A stretch of 63,577 bases of DNA, filler included, from Candidatus Rokuibacteriota bacterium (GTDB taxonomy: Bacteria; JAUVQV01; DATDCY01): the NCBI GenBank assembly GCA_031406795.1. It is 7 parts of 7 records of this genome, joined end to end, with 100 filler letters (N's around TTAATTAATTAA, not from the genome) between each part and the next. Parts side by side here need not be neighbours in the genome. Positions count along the whole stretch, not along the records: positions 1 to 4,536 come from JANOHV010000152.1; positions 4,637 to 17,967 come from JANOHV010000158.1; 5 more parts are not named here. One strand, 5' to 3'. Under the pieces are notes generated by a model. That model made no database searches. It saw only the letters and a program-made list of their open reading frames with translations, and was not told where the DNA came from. The position numbers and the translations under genes are program-made. Positions within the stretch are counted from its first letter, which is position 1. Every line of letters begins with the position of its first letter. Below are positions 1 through 9,155 of the stretch, in pieces.

Positions 1-1647
1 CCCGGCACGCTCGTCCTGTTCCCGGACCGGAGCGTCCCGGCAAACTGTTGGGCAACGACGATCTACGGTCCGATGCACATCTACGATCTCGCCGCCGGAG
101 CGTCCCTGACCTTTACGATCCCGGACATTCCCGCTGGTGCGCGGGGGGCGAAGAGCCTCCTCGCCTTCGTAGACAGCTTCTGCGCGACCGACGAGCCGGA
201 CGAGGCGAACAATCAGCTCTTTCTCCCCTACGAGGCGGTGAACCAGACTCCGGTAGCGGACAACGACAGTCTTGCGGTTGCTGAGGGTGGGACGCTGAGC
301 CCGGCGGCGCCCGGTGTGCTGGGCAACGATACGGACGCCGGGAGCGGAGCGCTGCAGGCGGCGAAGATGTCCGACCCGGTGCACGGGACGCTGACGCTGA
401 ATGCCAACGGCTCGTTCACCTACGTGCACGATGGCTCGGAGACGATAAGCGATTCGTTCACGTACAAGGTCAACGACGGCGCGGCGGACTCCAACGTGGC
501 GACGGTGACGATTACCGTGATACCGGTGAATGATGCACCGACTGACGTAACTCTTGGCAGCAGCACCGTCGTGGAGCACCAGGCCAATGGTACGGCGATC
601 GGGACTCTCAATTCGTCCGACCCCGACACCGGGAACACCTACGTCTATACGCTGGTGAGCGGGGTGGGAAGCACGGACAACTCCTCATTCCGCATCGATG
701 GTGATGTCTTGAAAACGAACGCGATCCTGAACTTCAAGGGAAAGAATCCCCTCAGTGTCCGGATCCGCACCACTGATCAGGGATTTCTGTCGGCGGAAAG
801 ATCTTTCACAATCTCGGTGACCGATCTGCCGGAGGTGAAGAACGATTTCGACGGCGACGGCCGCTCGGATATCGGCTGTTACTACCCGGGCGGAGGAAAC
901 TGGTATGAATTCAGAAGCGCGGAAGGATTCTGGCAGACTCAGTTCGGTGCTGCGGGGACCAAACCGATAACCGGAGACTTCGACGGCGACGGGAAGACCG
1001 ACTTCGGCACCTACGCAGCGGCTCTCGGTTCATGGCGGTTGACCATGAGCACCGACGGCCTCCGGGAGACGCAGTTCGGTTACGAAGGGACGATCCCCGT
1101 GGTCGGCGACTTCGATGGTGACGGCAAGGACGACATCGGCTGTTACTTCCCGGCTGGCGGGAACTGGTACGTGTTCAAGAGTACGGAGGGCTTCTGGCAG
1201 ACGCAGTTCGGGTATGCCGGGACGATCCCCGTCGTCGGTGATTTCGACGGTGACGGCCGGGATGACATCGGCTGTTACTACCCGCCGGGCGGCAACTGGT
1301 ATGTCTTTCAGAGCAAGGACGGTTTCTGGCAGACAACGTTTGGCTACGACGGCACCATCCCGATCGTCGGCGATTTCGACGCTGACGGCAAAGATGACAT
1401 TGGCTGCTACTACCCCGCCGGCGGCAACTGGTACGTTTTCCAGAGCACCAAAGGCTTCTGGCAGACCGCCTTCGGCTACGCCGGCACCGAGCCCGTGGTC
1501 GGCGATTACGATGGCGACGGCAAGGCGGACCTCGGGTGTTATTACCCCACGGGCGGGAACTGGTACCTGTTCAAGAGCACCGAAGGCTTCTGGCAGACGC
1601 AGTTCGGCTACGGCGGGACGATCCCGCTCGGCGGCACACTACGATAA
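1..1647 (+). CDS. Large surface/secreted protein, 5'-partial: Ig-like (Big_9/VCBS) and cadherin-like domains plus six C-terminal FG-GAP-like repeats
   Basis: Frame is open from base 1. Ig-like signature PVADNDS..GVLGNDTD..HGTLTLNANGSFTY; six 44-aa repeats GDFDGDGxDDIGCYYPxGGNWY..FWQTQFGY. Confidence 0.8.
   Translation, partial: PGTLVLFPDRSVPANCWATTIYGPMHIYDLAAGASLTFTIPDIPAGARGAKSLLAFVDSFCATDEPDEANNQLFLPYEAVNQTPVADNDSLAVAEGGTLSPAAPGVLGNDTDAGSGALQAAKMSDPVHGTLTLNANGSFTYVHDGSETISDSFTYKVNDGAADSNVATVTITVIPVNDAPTDVTLGSSTVVEHQANGTAIGTLNSSDPDTGNTYVYTLVSGVGSTDNSSFRIDGDVLKTNAILNFKGKNPLSVRIRTTDQGFLSAERSFTISVTDLPEVKNDFDGDGRSDIGCYYPGGGNWYEFRSAEGFWQTQFGAAGTKPITGDFDGDGKTDFGTYAAALGSWRLTMSTDGLRETQFGYEGTIPVVGDFDGDGKDDIGCYFPAGGNWYVFKSTEGFWQTQFGYAGTIPVVGDFDGDGRDDIGCYYPPGGNWYVFQSKDGFWQTTFGYDGTIPIVGDFDADGKDDIGCYYPAGGNWYVFQSTKGFWQTAFGYAGTEPVVGDYDGDGKADLGCYYPTGGNWYLFKSTEGFWQTQFGYGGTIPLGGTLR
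841..1632 (+). repeat. Six intragenic 132-bp (44-aa) FG-GAP-like repeats
   Basis: Units start near 841, 973, 1105, 1237, 1369 and 1501, each with a DxDxDG loop. Confidence 0.85.
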
Positions 1648-1777
1648 AGGGCAATTTTGGTGCCCCGCGGTCACCGCTGACTGCGGGGCATCGAACGAGA
1701 GAATTACTGCAATCTCATCCGAACGGGAGTTCATGCGGAACGGGAACCCAACGGTTCGAAGTTTGCCGGAGTCGATC

Positions 1778-1892
1778 GGGAGCGTCCTGTCGTGTCCCGA
1801 CAAGGCAGTGACGACCATGCGCGGAGGCGGGCTGGTGCCCGCCGCACAAGCAATGGGAGGAACAACGCAGTCGGGGCGCGGCAGGGCCTCCC
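1778..1892 (-). repeat. Structured intergenic element, family B copy 1
   Basis: Imperfect outer inverted repeat; minus-strand core GCGTT..GCTTGTGCGGCGGGCACCAGCCCGCCTCCG..GCCTTG shared with 9798-9939 and 32863-32987. Confidence 0.65.
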
Positions 1893-1904
1893 CAGCGGCT
1901 CCGG

Positions 1905-2921
1905 CTACAGTGTTCGGCCGGCGGCCCGCACGAAGGGATTGATCTCGCGCATGAGCTCGCGGAACTTCTCGGGCTTGAGCGACTGCAGGCCATCCGACAC
2001 GGCTTCCTCGGGGCGGCAGTGCACTTCGACCATGATGCCGTCGGCGCCGACGGCGGCCGCGGCCTTGGAGAGCGGCAGCACGTACTGCCAGTGCCCCGCG
2101 GCGTGGCTCGGGTCGACGACCACCGGCAGGTGGGTCATGGCCTTGAGCACCGGGACCGCCGAGATGTCCAGCGTGTTGCGTGTCGCCCGCTCGAAGGTGC
2201 GGATGCCGCGCTCGCACAGGATGACGCGGCGGTTGCCCTCCGCGAGGATGTACTCGGCGGACATCAGAAACTCTTCGATCGTCGTCATCATGCCGCGCTT
2301 GAGGAAGATCGGCTTGTCGATCTGGCCGAGGACCTTGAGCAGCGCGAAGTTCTGCACGTTGCGCGCGCCGACCTGGAACATGTCGACGTATTTGGCGATC
2401 AACTCGGCGTCCGCCGGGTTCACGATCTCGGTCACCACGGGCAGGCCGGTCACCTCGCGGGCCTCGGCGAGCAGCTTGAGCCCCTCCTCCTCCATCCCCT
2501 GGAAACTGTAGGGGGAGGTGCGCGGCTTGTACGCGCCGCCGCGCAGGATGTGCGCGCCGGCCTTCTTGACGGCGATCGCGGTCTCGATCAGTTGCTCGCG
2601 GCTCTCGACGGAGCAGGGGCCGGCGATGACGACGAAACCCTCGCCGCCGATCTTGACGCCGCCGACCTCGATGACGGTCGGCTCGGGCTTGATCTCGCGG
2701 CTGGCAAGCTTGTACGGCTTGAGAATCGGCACAACCTTCTCGACGCCCGAAAGGGACTCGAGCGACTGCAGCCGCGCCTTGCCGCGCTCATCCCCGATGG
2801 CGCCGATGACGTCGCGCTCGACGCCGTGGATGATGTGGGTCTTGTAGCCGAGGTCGCGGATCCTCTTGAGGACCTCATTGAGTTCCTTCTTTGCGGCGCC
2901 CTGGCGCATGACAATGATCAT
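1905..2921 (-). CDS. aroF: 3-deoxy-7-phosphoheptulonate (DAHP) synthase, type I-beta with N-terminal regulatory domain
   Basis: [47 protein letters not shown] motifs. Confidence 0.95.
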   Translation of the reverse strand: MIIVMRQGAAKKELNEVLKRIRDLGYKTHIIHGVERDVIGAIGDERGKARLQSLESLSGVEKVVPILKPYKLASREIKPEPTVIEVGGVKIGGEGFVVIAGPCSVESREQLIETAIAVKKAGAHILRGGAYKPRTSPYSFQGMEEEGLKLLAEAREVTGLPVVTEIVNPADAELIAKYVDMFQVGARNVQNFALLKVLGQIDKPIFLKRGMMTTIEEFLMSAEYILAEGNRRVILCERGIRTFERATRNTLDISAVPVLKAMTHLPVVVDPSHAAGHWQYVLPLSKAAAAVGADGIMVEVHCRPEEAVSDGLQSLKPEKFRELMREINPFVRAAGRTL

Positions 2922-2929
2922 GGCCGGTT

Positions 2930-2959
2930 CTTATACCTGAACGTCATGGTCGGGGTCAA
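2930..2959 (-). promoter_or_regulatory. sigma70-like promoter of aroF (near-leaderless)
   Basis: TTGACC-18 nt-TATAAG, then 8 nt to ATG; no SD. Confidence 0.5.
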
Positions 2960-2978
2960 GGCAAATCGCCGGCCGACC

Positions 2979-3138
2979 GTAACCCTTCGGTGAAGTGCGG
3001 TAACTCATTCCCGTTCGTGGTGAGCCGGTCGAACCACGAACGGGAATGAGTCTTCGTACAAGCGCCCTTCGACCGTTCGACAAGCTCACGGTTCAGGGCG
3101 AACGGTACTGATCGGGCCACCATTCATTGAAGGGTTAC
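2979..3138. mobile_element. 160-bp MITE with terminal inverted repeats and 8-bp target-site duplication
   Basis: Ends GTAACCCTTCGGTGAA / TTCATTGAAGGGTTAC; GGCCGACC on both flanks (2971-2978, 3139-3146); long internal hairpin. Confidence 0.8.
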
Positions 3139-3211
3139 GGCCGACCCGCGTCTCGGGTTGACAGCGGGGAGGTGATACAGAACAATGCGACCCCACGAAC
3201 GGAGGGCTGGC

Positions 3212-4177
3212 GTGCGTCTGAGCTGGAAGAGGAAGCAGCAAGCGACGGAACGGCTGGAGTCCCGGGCGCGGGAGCGGTCGTATACGCTGATGATCATTCC
3301 GAGCGCCCGCAGCCGCGTTCGCAAGCTGGTGGTGCGCGAGCGATTCCTCAAGGGCGCCGTCGCCCTCGCCGGCATCGGCGCCCTGCTGACGGCCCTGCTG
3401 CTCATCGATTACGCCCGCAGCCTCAGCCGCGGTTCCGAGCTCAGGCAGCTGCGCGCGGAAGTGGCGACCCAGCGGGTCAAGGCCGCGCAGGTCGCGCAGG
3501 GTCTCGTCGAGTTGGAGAATGGGATGTCGCGGCTGCGCAAGTTCGAGGCCCGGCTGCGCACGGCGTTCGATCTCGACCGCGACTACTACAGCCAGGAGTC
3601 CCTGCTCGGCATCGGCGGGGGCGAGACGAGCCTCGCGGACATGGTCAGCGGCCTGGACGTGCGCCAGAGCGACCTGGCCGCCCAGGTCGACCGCGACCTG
3701 GAACGGATGAAGGGCCGCGTGGAGGCCCAGGAGCAGGGTTTCTCCGAATTGGTGAGCTTTCTGGAGGACCGCAAATCGCTGCTGGCCTCGACGCCCTCAA
3801 TCATGCCGGTGCGCGGCTGGGTGACCTCGGCGTTCCGCCGCCGCAACGACCCCTTCACGGGCAACGCGGTCTGGCACCGCGGCCTCGACATCGCGACGGG
3901 CATGGGCACGCCGGTGCTCGCCCCGGCCGACGGCGTCGTGACCTACACCGGCAGCAAGGTCGACTTCGGCAACATCATCTCGCTCGATCACGGCTACGGC
4001 TATCTGACGCGGTACGGGCACAACTCGAAGATCCTGGCGAGGGCCGGCCAGCAGGTGCGCCGCGGCCAGGTGATCGCCTTCGTCGGCAACACCGGCAAGA
4101 GCACCGGGCCGCACCTGCACTACGAGGTCCTCCGCAACGGCGTCCCCGTCAATCCGCAGGATTACATCATCAACTAG
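3212..4177 (+). CDS. M23 family peptidase (murein endopeptidase) with TM helix and coiled coil
   Basis: HRGLD and STGPHLHYEV Zn motifs; GTG start after GGAGG (ORF open from 3185). Confidence 0.9.
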   Translation: MRLSWKRKQQATERLESRARERSYTLMIIPSARSRVRKLVVRERFLKGAVALAGIGALLTALLLIDYARSLSRGSELRQLRAEVATQRVKAAQVAQGLVELENGMSRLRKFEARLRTAFDLDRDYYSQESLLGIGGGETSLADMVSGLDVRQSDLAAQVDRDLERMKGRVEAQEQGFSELVSFLEDRKSLLASTPSIMPVRGWVTSAFRRRNDPFTGNAVWHRGLDIATGMGTPVLAPADGVVTYTGSKVDFGNIISLDHGYGYLTRYGHNSKILARAGQQVRRGQVIAFVGNTGKSTGPHLHYEVLRNGVPVNPQDYIIN

Positions 4178-4196
4178 TCAAGGGACGTTCCCGTGT

Positions 4197-4392
4197 GCGA
4201 GGCGGCGGGGCCGTCCTTTCGGTCGTGCGTCTGCGCAGCCTACCCGACACGGTGCCCGGGGCTCGCAGTCTCGTAACTCGCCCTTCGGGCTCAAACAACG
4301 AGCCTGCGTCCCTGCGGGACCGCCCCGGGCACTGTGTCGGGCTTTACGGCTGCTCCGCGCATCTTCCCTCAGTGACGCCCCAGCCGCCTCGC
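4197..4392 (+). repeat. Rod-like structured repeat, family A copy 1
   Basis: Nested inverted repeats around invariant core CTCGTAACTCGCCCTTCGGGCTCAAACAACGAGCC; homologous to 12979-13176 and 29630-29827. Confidence 0.85.
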
Positions 4393-4536
4393 TCCCCGTG
4401 ACGATCACTGACAAAGGGCCCGTCTGCCGGACCCTCTTGACCGATCTCGCCGTTACAGCCGGAAACTGACTTGGGCGGCGGGGCGGTGACGGGCGGTCGC
4501 ATGGCGGAGCGCGAGGGAACCGCAGCGGCCGCGCCG

Positions 4537-4636
4537 NNNNNNNNNNNNNNNNNNNNNNNNNNNNNNNNNNNNNNNNNNNNTTAATTAATTAANNNNNNNN
4601 NNNNNNNNNNNNNNNNNNNNNNNNNNNNNNNNNNNN
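4537..4636. other. Artificial contig linker (also 17968-18067, 36357-36456, 38150-38249, 51529-51628, 60651-60750)
   Basis: N-run + TTAATTAATTAA (stops in all frames) + N-run, 100 nt each. Confidence 0.98.
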
Positions 4637-4765
4637 GGCGGCGGTGGCGCGGGCGGAGCCGGCGGGGCGGGCGCGTTCGGCGCAAAGCGGAAATCCGGCA
4701 AGGGCAGCCGTCGCAACGCGCGCAGCGCGAAGCGGGATCGCAAGGCCTGCTGGTAGGGGGACGAG

Positions 4766-4939
4766 ATGAGCGACTGCAAGGATGCCAAGAACTGTCACGA
4801 GATGCACCTGTGCAAGCTGGTCAAGCGCGACGATCTCGAACAGGTCAAGAAGCTGGTCAAGGACGCGGTGTTCTTCTGCAAGAAGTGCGGCCGCGCCGCC
4901 CGCGAGAAGGACAATCTCTGCGACCCGTCGCGGATCTAG
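4766..4939 (+). CDS. Small Cys/His-rich protein (57 aa), probably metal-binding; absent from the ORF track
   Basis: MSDCKDAKNCHEMHLCKLVKRDDLEQVKKLVKDAVFFCKKCGRAAREKDNLCDPSRI; AGGGGG upstream; strong GC3 codon bias. Confidence 0.75.
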   Translation: MSDCKDAKNCHEMHLCKLVKRDDLEQVKKLVKDAVFFCKKCGRAAREKDNLCDPSRI

Positions 4940-4988
4940 CAGGCCGCTGAAAAGGGCCCGCCCGCGGCGCAGGCGCTGATTACGCCGC

Positions 4989-5999
4989 TCAGGGGTGGCC
5001 GACGGACTCCAGCCTCGGCGCGAGCCGCAGGTATTCTTGAGCGCTGACGCCCGCCTCCCAGTGGCCGGCGATCTTCGCCGCCAAGATCAACCCCCAGAAC
5101 ACGCCTACAACGAGCGCGGCACACAAGACCGGCGATAGTCGCCGGCGGCCCGGCAAGGACGCATCGAGCGCTCCCGGCGCCGGACAACCGCTGACGCAGG
5201 TCAGGCAGCCCAGACATTCGGGTGAGCGCACGCGGCCGAGGCGCTCGACCGGCAACTGCGCCGGGCAGTTCTTCGTGCAGCGGTGGCAGTGCGTGCAGTG
5301 TTCCTCGAGACGCTGCACCTTCACGGCTGCGCCGAGACTCAGCAGTCCCAGCAGCGCTCCGTAGGGACAGAGGTAGCGACACCAGAAATTTCGCGTCACC
5401 AGCGAGAGCGCCGTCAACGCGAGGACCACCCCGGTGGCCAGCGCCGTCGGGTGGCGGAAGAAGCCGAGCATTCTGAGGTCGGCGATCTTCCAGTAGTCGG
5501 TGAGCAGCCACTCCCGGATCCCCGCCGCCGGCATCTTCACGACGATGATCCAGAGGAAGAAGCCGAGCAGGGCGTACTTGAGCGAGCGCAGCGGCACGTC
5601 GAGCCAGCGCGGCAGGCTCAGCAGGCGCCCGGCGACGCGCTGTCCGGCCGTCCCGAACAGCTCCGAGAGCGTCCCCACCGGGCAGACCCAGCCGCAGAAG
5701 CTCTTCTTGAGCAGCAGCGAGAGCGCCAGCGCGGACGTGAACAGCACCAGACCCGCGGGGTGCACGCCGTCAATCACCCCCGTCGTCACCCAGAGCTTGA
5801 AGGACATCAGCGAGCCGATCGGCAGAAAGCCCTCGGGCGAGAGCGGCTTGGCAAGCGTCGGCGCGCCCCGGCCCTCGAGCTGCAGCGCGAAGCGATACAG
5901 ATCCACCCCCCCCCAGATGGTGAGGGCGAACACACTCCACTGCGCGGCTGCGCGCAGGCGCCGCACCAGCGGGCGCCCGTTTTGCCGCGGCTTCGTCAC
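4989..5999 (-). CDS. Membrane 4Fe-4S-binding protein (YccM/NapH-like polyferredoxin)
   Basis: TM helices; FCGWVCPVG, WCRYLCPYG, CTHCHRCTKNCP, CLGCLTCVSGCP. Confidence 0.85.
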   Translation of the reverse strand: MTKPRQNGRPLVRRLRAAAQWSVFALTIWGGVDLYRFALQLEGRGAPTLAKPLSPEGFLPIGSLMSFKLWVTTGVIDGVHPAGLVLFTSALALSLLLKKSFCGWVCPVGTLSELFGTAGQRVAGRLLSLPRWLDVPLRSLKYALLGFFLWIIVVKMPAAGIREWLLTDYWKIADLRMLGFFRHPTALATGVVLALTALSLVTRNFWCRYLCPYGALLGLLSLGAAVKVQRLEEHCTHCHRCTKNCPAQLPVERLGRVRSPECLGCLTCVSGCPAPGALDASLPGRRRLSPVLCAALVVGVFWGLILAAKIAGHWEAGVSAQEYLRLAPRLESVGHP

Positions 6000-6001
6000 G
6001 A

Positions 6002-6322
6002 CTAGAACGGCGGGGCGATGGTGACGACGATTCTCATGTCGGTGATCGCGCGCACGCCATGCGGCTCATTGATCTCGGAGATCAGCATGTCGCCCAACGC
6101 CGCCGGTATTGCCGCATCGCCGGCGGCGAGGAACTCGCCCTCGCCTTCGATGACCAGGATGCTCAGCTGGCCTTCGGTGTCGTGGGAGTGCACCGGGAAG
6201 ACGTGGCCGGCGGGGAGGTTGAAGTTGAGAATCCTGAACCAGGGGGAATCGTGGAGGAGGAATTTCTTCATGGTCCGCGGGTCGAATTCCCGCGTCTTCG
6301 AAAGTTCCAGCTTCTTCATCAT
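6002..6322 (-). CDS. Cupin domain protein
   Basis: FPVHSH...EGEGEF...PHGVRA cupin motifs. Confidence 0.85.
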   Translation of the reverse strand: MMKKLELSKTREFDPRTMKKFLLHDSPWFRILNFNLPAGHVFPVHSHDTEGQLSILVIEGEGEFLAAGDAAIPAALGDMLISEINEPHGVRAITDMRIVVTIAPPF

Positions 6323-6415
6323 CGCGAACTCCTTCCTGCAAGAAGATTCAAGTCCGGCTCACCCAGGCGCCGGCCGCCATTTCATAAAAGATACCAGACC
6401 CCGGCGCCGCAGTCA

Positions 6416-6429
6416 TTGATCCAGGTCAA
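6416..6429. promoter_or_regulatory. Crp/Fnr-family (Fnr/HcpR-like) binding site upstream of the cupin-4Fe-4S pair
   Basis: TTGATCCAGGTCAA matches TTGAY-N4-RTCAA. Confidence 0.6.
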
Positions 6430-6498
6430 GGCCCCCCCCGCCGGAAGATCCGGTTGAACCCGTTTGAGCCGGCGGGAATGCCGAAAAAGGAAGCTGTT

Positions 6499-6573
6499 TC
6501 CCCATTTGGGGATCGCTCAGGCTCCGTTGATCACTGAAAAAACAATAAGTTAGCACTTGGCATGGCAATTGCT
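6499..6573 (+). promoter_or_regulatory. sigma54 promoter with IHF-like site and palindromic candidate enhancer
   Basis: TGGCATGGCAATTGCT (6558-6573, -24/-12); AAACAATAAGTTA (6540-6552, one mismatch to WATCAANNNNTTR); TCCCCATTTGGGGA (6499-6512). Confidence 0.75.
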
Positions 6574-6656
6574 TGATCGGTGTATGAATGACGCGGCGGC
6601 GCAGACAGGCGCTGCGGGCATTCGCGGGAACAACCACTTTGAAGGAGGAGTACAGA

Positions 6657-7271
6657 ATGAAGGGTCTCATGAAGTACCTCGCCGTCGGTCTTTCGGTCCT
6701 GATCATGGCCGCCCTGCTCGTGGGTTGCGCCAAGCCCCCCACCGCCGAGATGGACGCCGCCAAGGTTTCCATGGACGGTGCGGTTTCCGCCGGCGCCGGC
6801 ACGTACGCCAAGGATGGCCTCAAGAACATCAATGACGCCTGGGCCGCCGCGCAGGACGAAGTCAAGAAGCAGGAAGGCAAGCTCTTCAAGAACTACGACA
6901 ACGCGAAGGCGATGATCGCCAAGATCAACACCGACGCCGTCGCCCTGAAGGCCGAGACCGAAACGAAGAAGGACCAGGCCAAGCAGGAGGCCGAGGCTGC
7001 TTCGGCCGCCGCCGCCGCCGCGGTTGCGCAGGCTGAGGCCCTTCTCGCCGAGGCCCCCACGGGCAAGGGCACGAAGGCCGACATCGAGGCCATGAAGGCC
7101 GACCTGGCCGGCATCAAGGGTTCGCTTGCCGAGATCGGCACCCTGATCGCGAGCCAGGAGTACTTCGCCGCGACCGACAAGGCGAAGGCCATTTCCGCCA
7201 AGGCCGCGGACATCAGCGCTCAGGTCCAGGCCGCGATCGACAAGGCCCCCAAGGGCAAGAAGAAGAAGTAA
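6657..7271 (+). CDS. Ala/Lys-rich helical lipoprotein (DUF4398-like) with C-terminal KGKKKK
   Basis: GGAGGAG SD; lipobox LLVGC followed by AKPPTAE; helical A/K/E/D-rich body. Confidence 0.8.
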   Translation: MKGLMKYLAVGLSVLIMAALLVGCAKPPTAEMDAAKVSMDGAVSAGAGTYAKDGLKNINDAWAAAQDEVKKQEGKLFKNYDNAKAMIAKINTDAVALKAETETKKDQAKQEAEAASAAAAAAVAQAEALLAEAPTGKGTKADIEAMKADLAGIKGSLAEIGTLIASQEYFAATDKAKAISAKAADISAQVQAAIDKAPKGKKKK

Positions 7272-7314
7272 CCGGCGAATCGGGAAACGGCCGGAGCGGG
7301 CGAGCATCTGACAA

Positions 7315-8433
7315 GTGGTGGTTACTTCGCTCCGGAAAGTTGTGCGGGAGGCCCTGCGGCGAGCGCCGTGGGGCCTCCTGCTTTTACTGCTCGCGGGTTG
7401 CTCGCGCAGCGAACCGTTCGCGGCGCGCCTCGCGGAGTTGCAGGAGCGCAAGCTCTGGAGAGCCGACGTAGAATCCTTCGCGGCCGACGAATACCGCGAC
7501 TATCGCTCGCAGTTGCGTCGCGCCAAAGACGCCCTCATCGAGACCGAGAAGAAATTCGTCTGGTTCCGGGACTACGACGCACTGACGAAACAGTTCGAGC
7601 AGGTGATCGCCCGCGGCGATCAGATCCAGGCCGCGATCGTCGAGCGCCGCGGCAAGCAGAAGTCCGGCATCGAGGAGCGCCTCGACGCCCAACGCGACAA
7701 GATCGATCGCCTCGACGTCCTCACGACGCTGATCAGCGTCGGCAAGTCCTCACGCGAGTTCCTCGCGAAGGCCGAACTGCTCACCGACGAGGCCGAAGGC
7801 CTTGCCGGGCGGGGGAGATACCAGGATGCGGAGGAGCGACTCAAGCGCGCGACCACCTTCCTGCAGATCGCCAAAGAGGTGATCACCCCGGCGCTCAAGC
7901 GCTTCGTCGACCAGGAGCAGATCTCCTTCTGGCGGCGCAAGGTGGACGAGACGATCCGCGAGTCCAAGGTGCGCGGCAGCTACGCGATCGTGGTCAGCAA
8001 GGTCGACCGCCAGCTCTACCTCTACAAGGCCGGCCGGCTGGTGAAGACCTATGAGGTCGGCCTCGGTTCGCGCAGCATCAGCGACAAGATTTGCGCGGGC
8101 GACAAGGCGACGCCGGAGGGCAAGTACCGGATCACGAAGAAGCTCGCCCAGAGCCGCTACTACAAGGCCCTGCTGATCAACTACCCCAACGACGAAGACC
8201 GCCGGGAGTTCGCGCTCGCCAAGCGCCGCGGCGCTATTTCGCGCCGGGCCGGCATCGGCGGGCTGATCGAAATCCACGGCGGCGGCAAGGACGGCCAGAC
8301 CTACGGTTGCGTCTCCCTCGACGACCACCACATGGCCGAGATCTACGCGCTGGCGGATGTGGACACGCCGGTCACCATCGTCGGCGCCCGTGACTACGAA
8401 AACAGCGTCAGCCAGGCGCTGAAGGGGCTCTAG
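7315..8433 (+). CDS. L,D-transpeptidase (YkuD) lipoprotein with long N-terminal helical region
   Basis: Lipobox LLAGC; GDKATPEG, LINYPN, IEIHGG..TYGCVSL catalytic His/Cys. Confidence 0.88.
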   Translation: MVVTSLRKVVREALRRAPWGLLLLLLAGCSRSEPFAARLAELQERKLWRADVESFAADEYRDYRSQLRRAKDALIETEKKFVWFRDYDALTKQFEQVIARGDQIQAAIVERRGKQKSGIEERLDAQRDKIDRLDVLTTLISVGKSSREFLAKAELLTDEAEGLAGRGRYQDAEERLKRATTFLQIAKEVITPALKRFVDQEQISFWRRKVDETIRESKVRGSYAIVVSKVDRQLYLYKAGRLVKTYEVGLGSRSISDKICAGDKATPEGKYRITKKLAQSRYYKALLINYPNDEDRREFALAKRRGAISRRAGIGGLIEIHGGGKDGQTYGCVSLDDHHMAEIYALADVDTPVTIVGARDYENSVSQALKGL

Positions 8434-8441
8434 CTCCCGCG

Positions 8442-9152
8442 ATGGCGACCGCCCTCGAGCCGGACGCGCAGTCCGTCCCCGCACAACTGCCTCGCGCGCC
8501 GCGCGGCGCCGCGTGGACCGTGGTGCGCACCGCGCTCGTTGTCTTCTTCGTGTTGATTGGTCTCGCCCTGGCCGGATTCGGCGCGCTGCTCGGGGCCGGG
8601 TATTATCTCTCGCGCAGCGCTTCCGGGCCGGCGCCGACCGTCGTCGAGGAACCGGGGACGTTGCGCGCGGAAAACCTCAAGTTCCAGAAGAAGCTCGACA
8701 AGTTGCGCCCGAAGGGGCTGTTCCTGGTCATCGACACCGGCAAGAACCGACTCGCCGTGCACGACGGCGAGCGCGTGGTGCGCGAGGTGGTCGTCTCCTG
8801 CGGCAGCGGCGGCGTCCTGGAGAACCCCAAGGGCGGCCGCTCCTGGGTCTTCGACACCCCGCGCGGCGAGCGTCAGATCAAGTCCAAGGTCAAGAACCCG
8901 ACCTGGATCAAGCCGGACTGGGCCTTCATCGAAGAGGGGGAGGCCATCCCGAAGAAGTACGGGGACCGCGCCGAGGAGGGTGTCATGGGAGACTACGCGC
9001 TCGGCATCGGCGACGGGTTCTTCCTGCACGGCACGCTCTACACCCGGCTGCTCGGGCGCAACGTCACGCATGGCTGCGTCCGCATCGGCGACGCCGACCT
9101 GGAATACCTCCACAAGAACGTGCCCCTCGGCACGAAGGTCTACCTGTACTAG
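8442..9152 (+). CDS. Membrane-anchored L,D-transpeptidase (YkuD)
   Basis: TM helix; DTPRG, P.WIKPDWAF, FLHGT..NVTHGCVRI. Confidence 0.9.
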   Translation: MATALEPDAQSVPAQLPRAPRGAAWTVVRTALVVFFVLIGLALAGFGALLGAGYYLSRSASGPAPTVVEEPGTLRAENLKFQKKLDKLRPKGLFLVIDTGKNRLAVHDGERVVREVVVSCGSGGVLENPKGGRSWVFDTPRGERQIKSKVKNPTWIKPDWAFIEEGEAIPKKYGDRAEEGVMGDYALGIGDGFFLHGTLYTRLLGRNVTHGCVRIGDADLEYLHKNVPLGTKVYLY

Positions 9153-9155
9153 GCG

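Noticed and set aside
841-1632. Diversity-generating retroelement TR/VR pair
   Set aside because: In-frame protein repeats with mostly synonymous differences, no adenine-specific pattern, no reverse transcriptase
4537-4636. Recurring TTAATTAATTAA motif as a biological repeat
   Set aside because: Artificial scaffold linker embedded in N-runs
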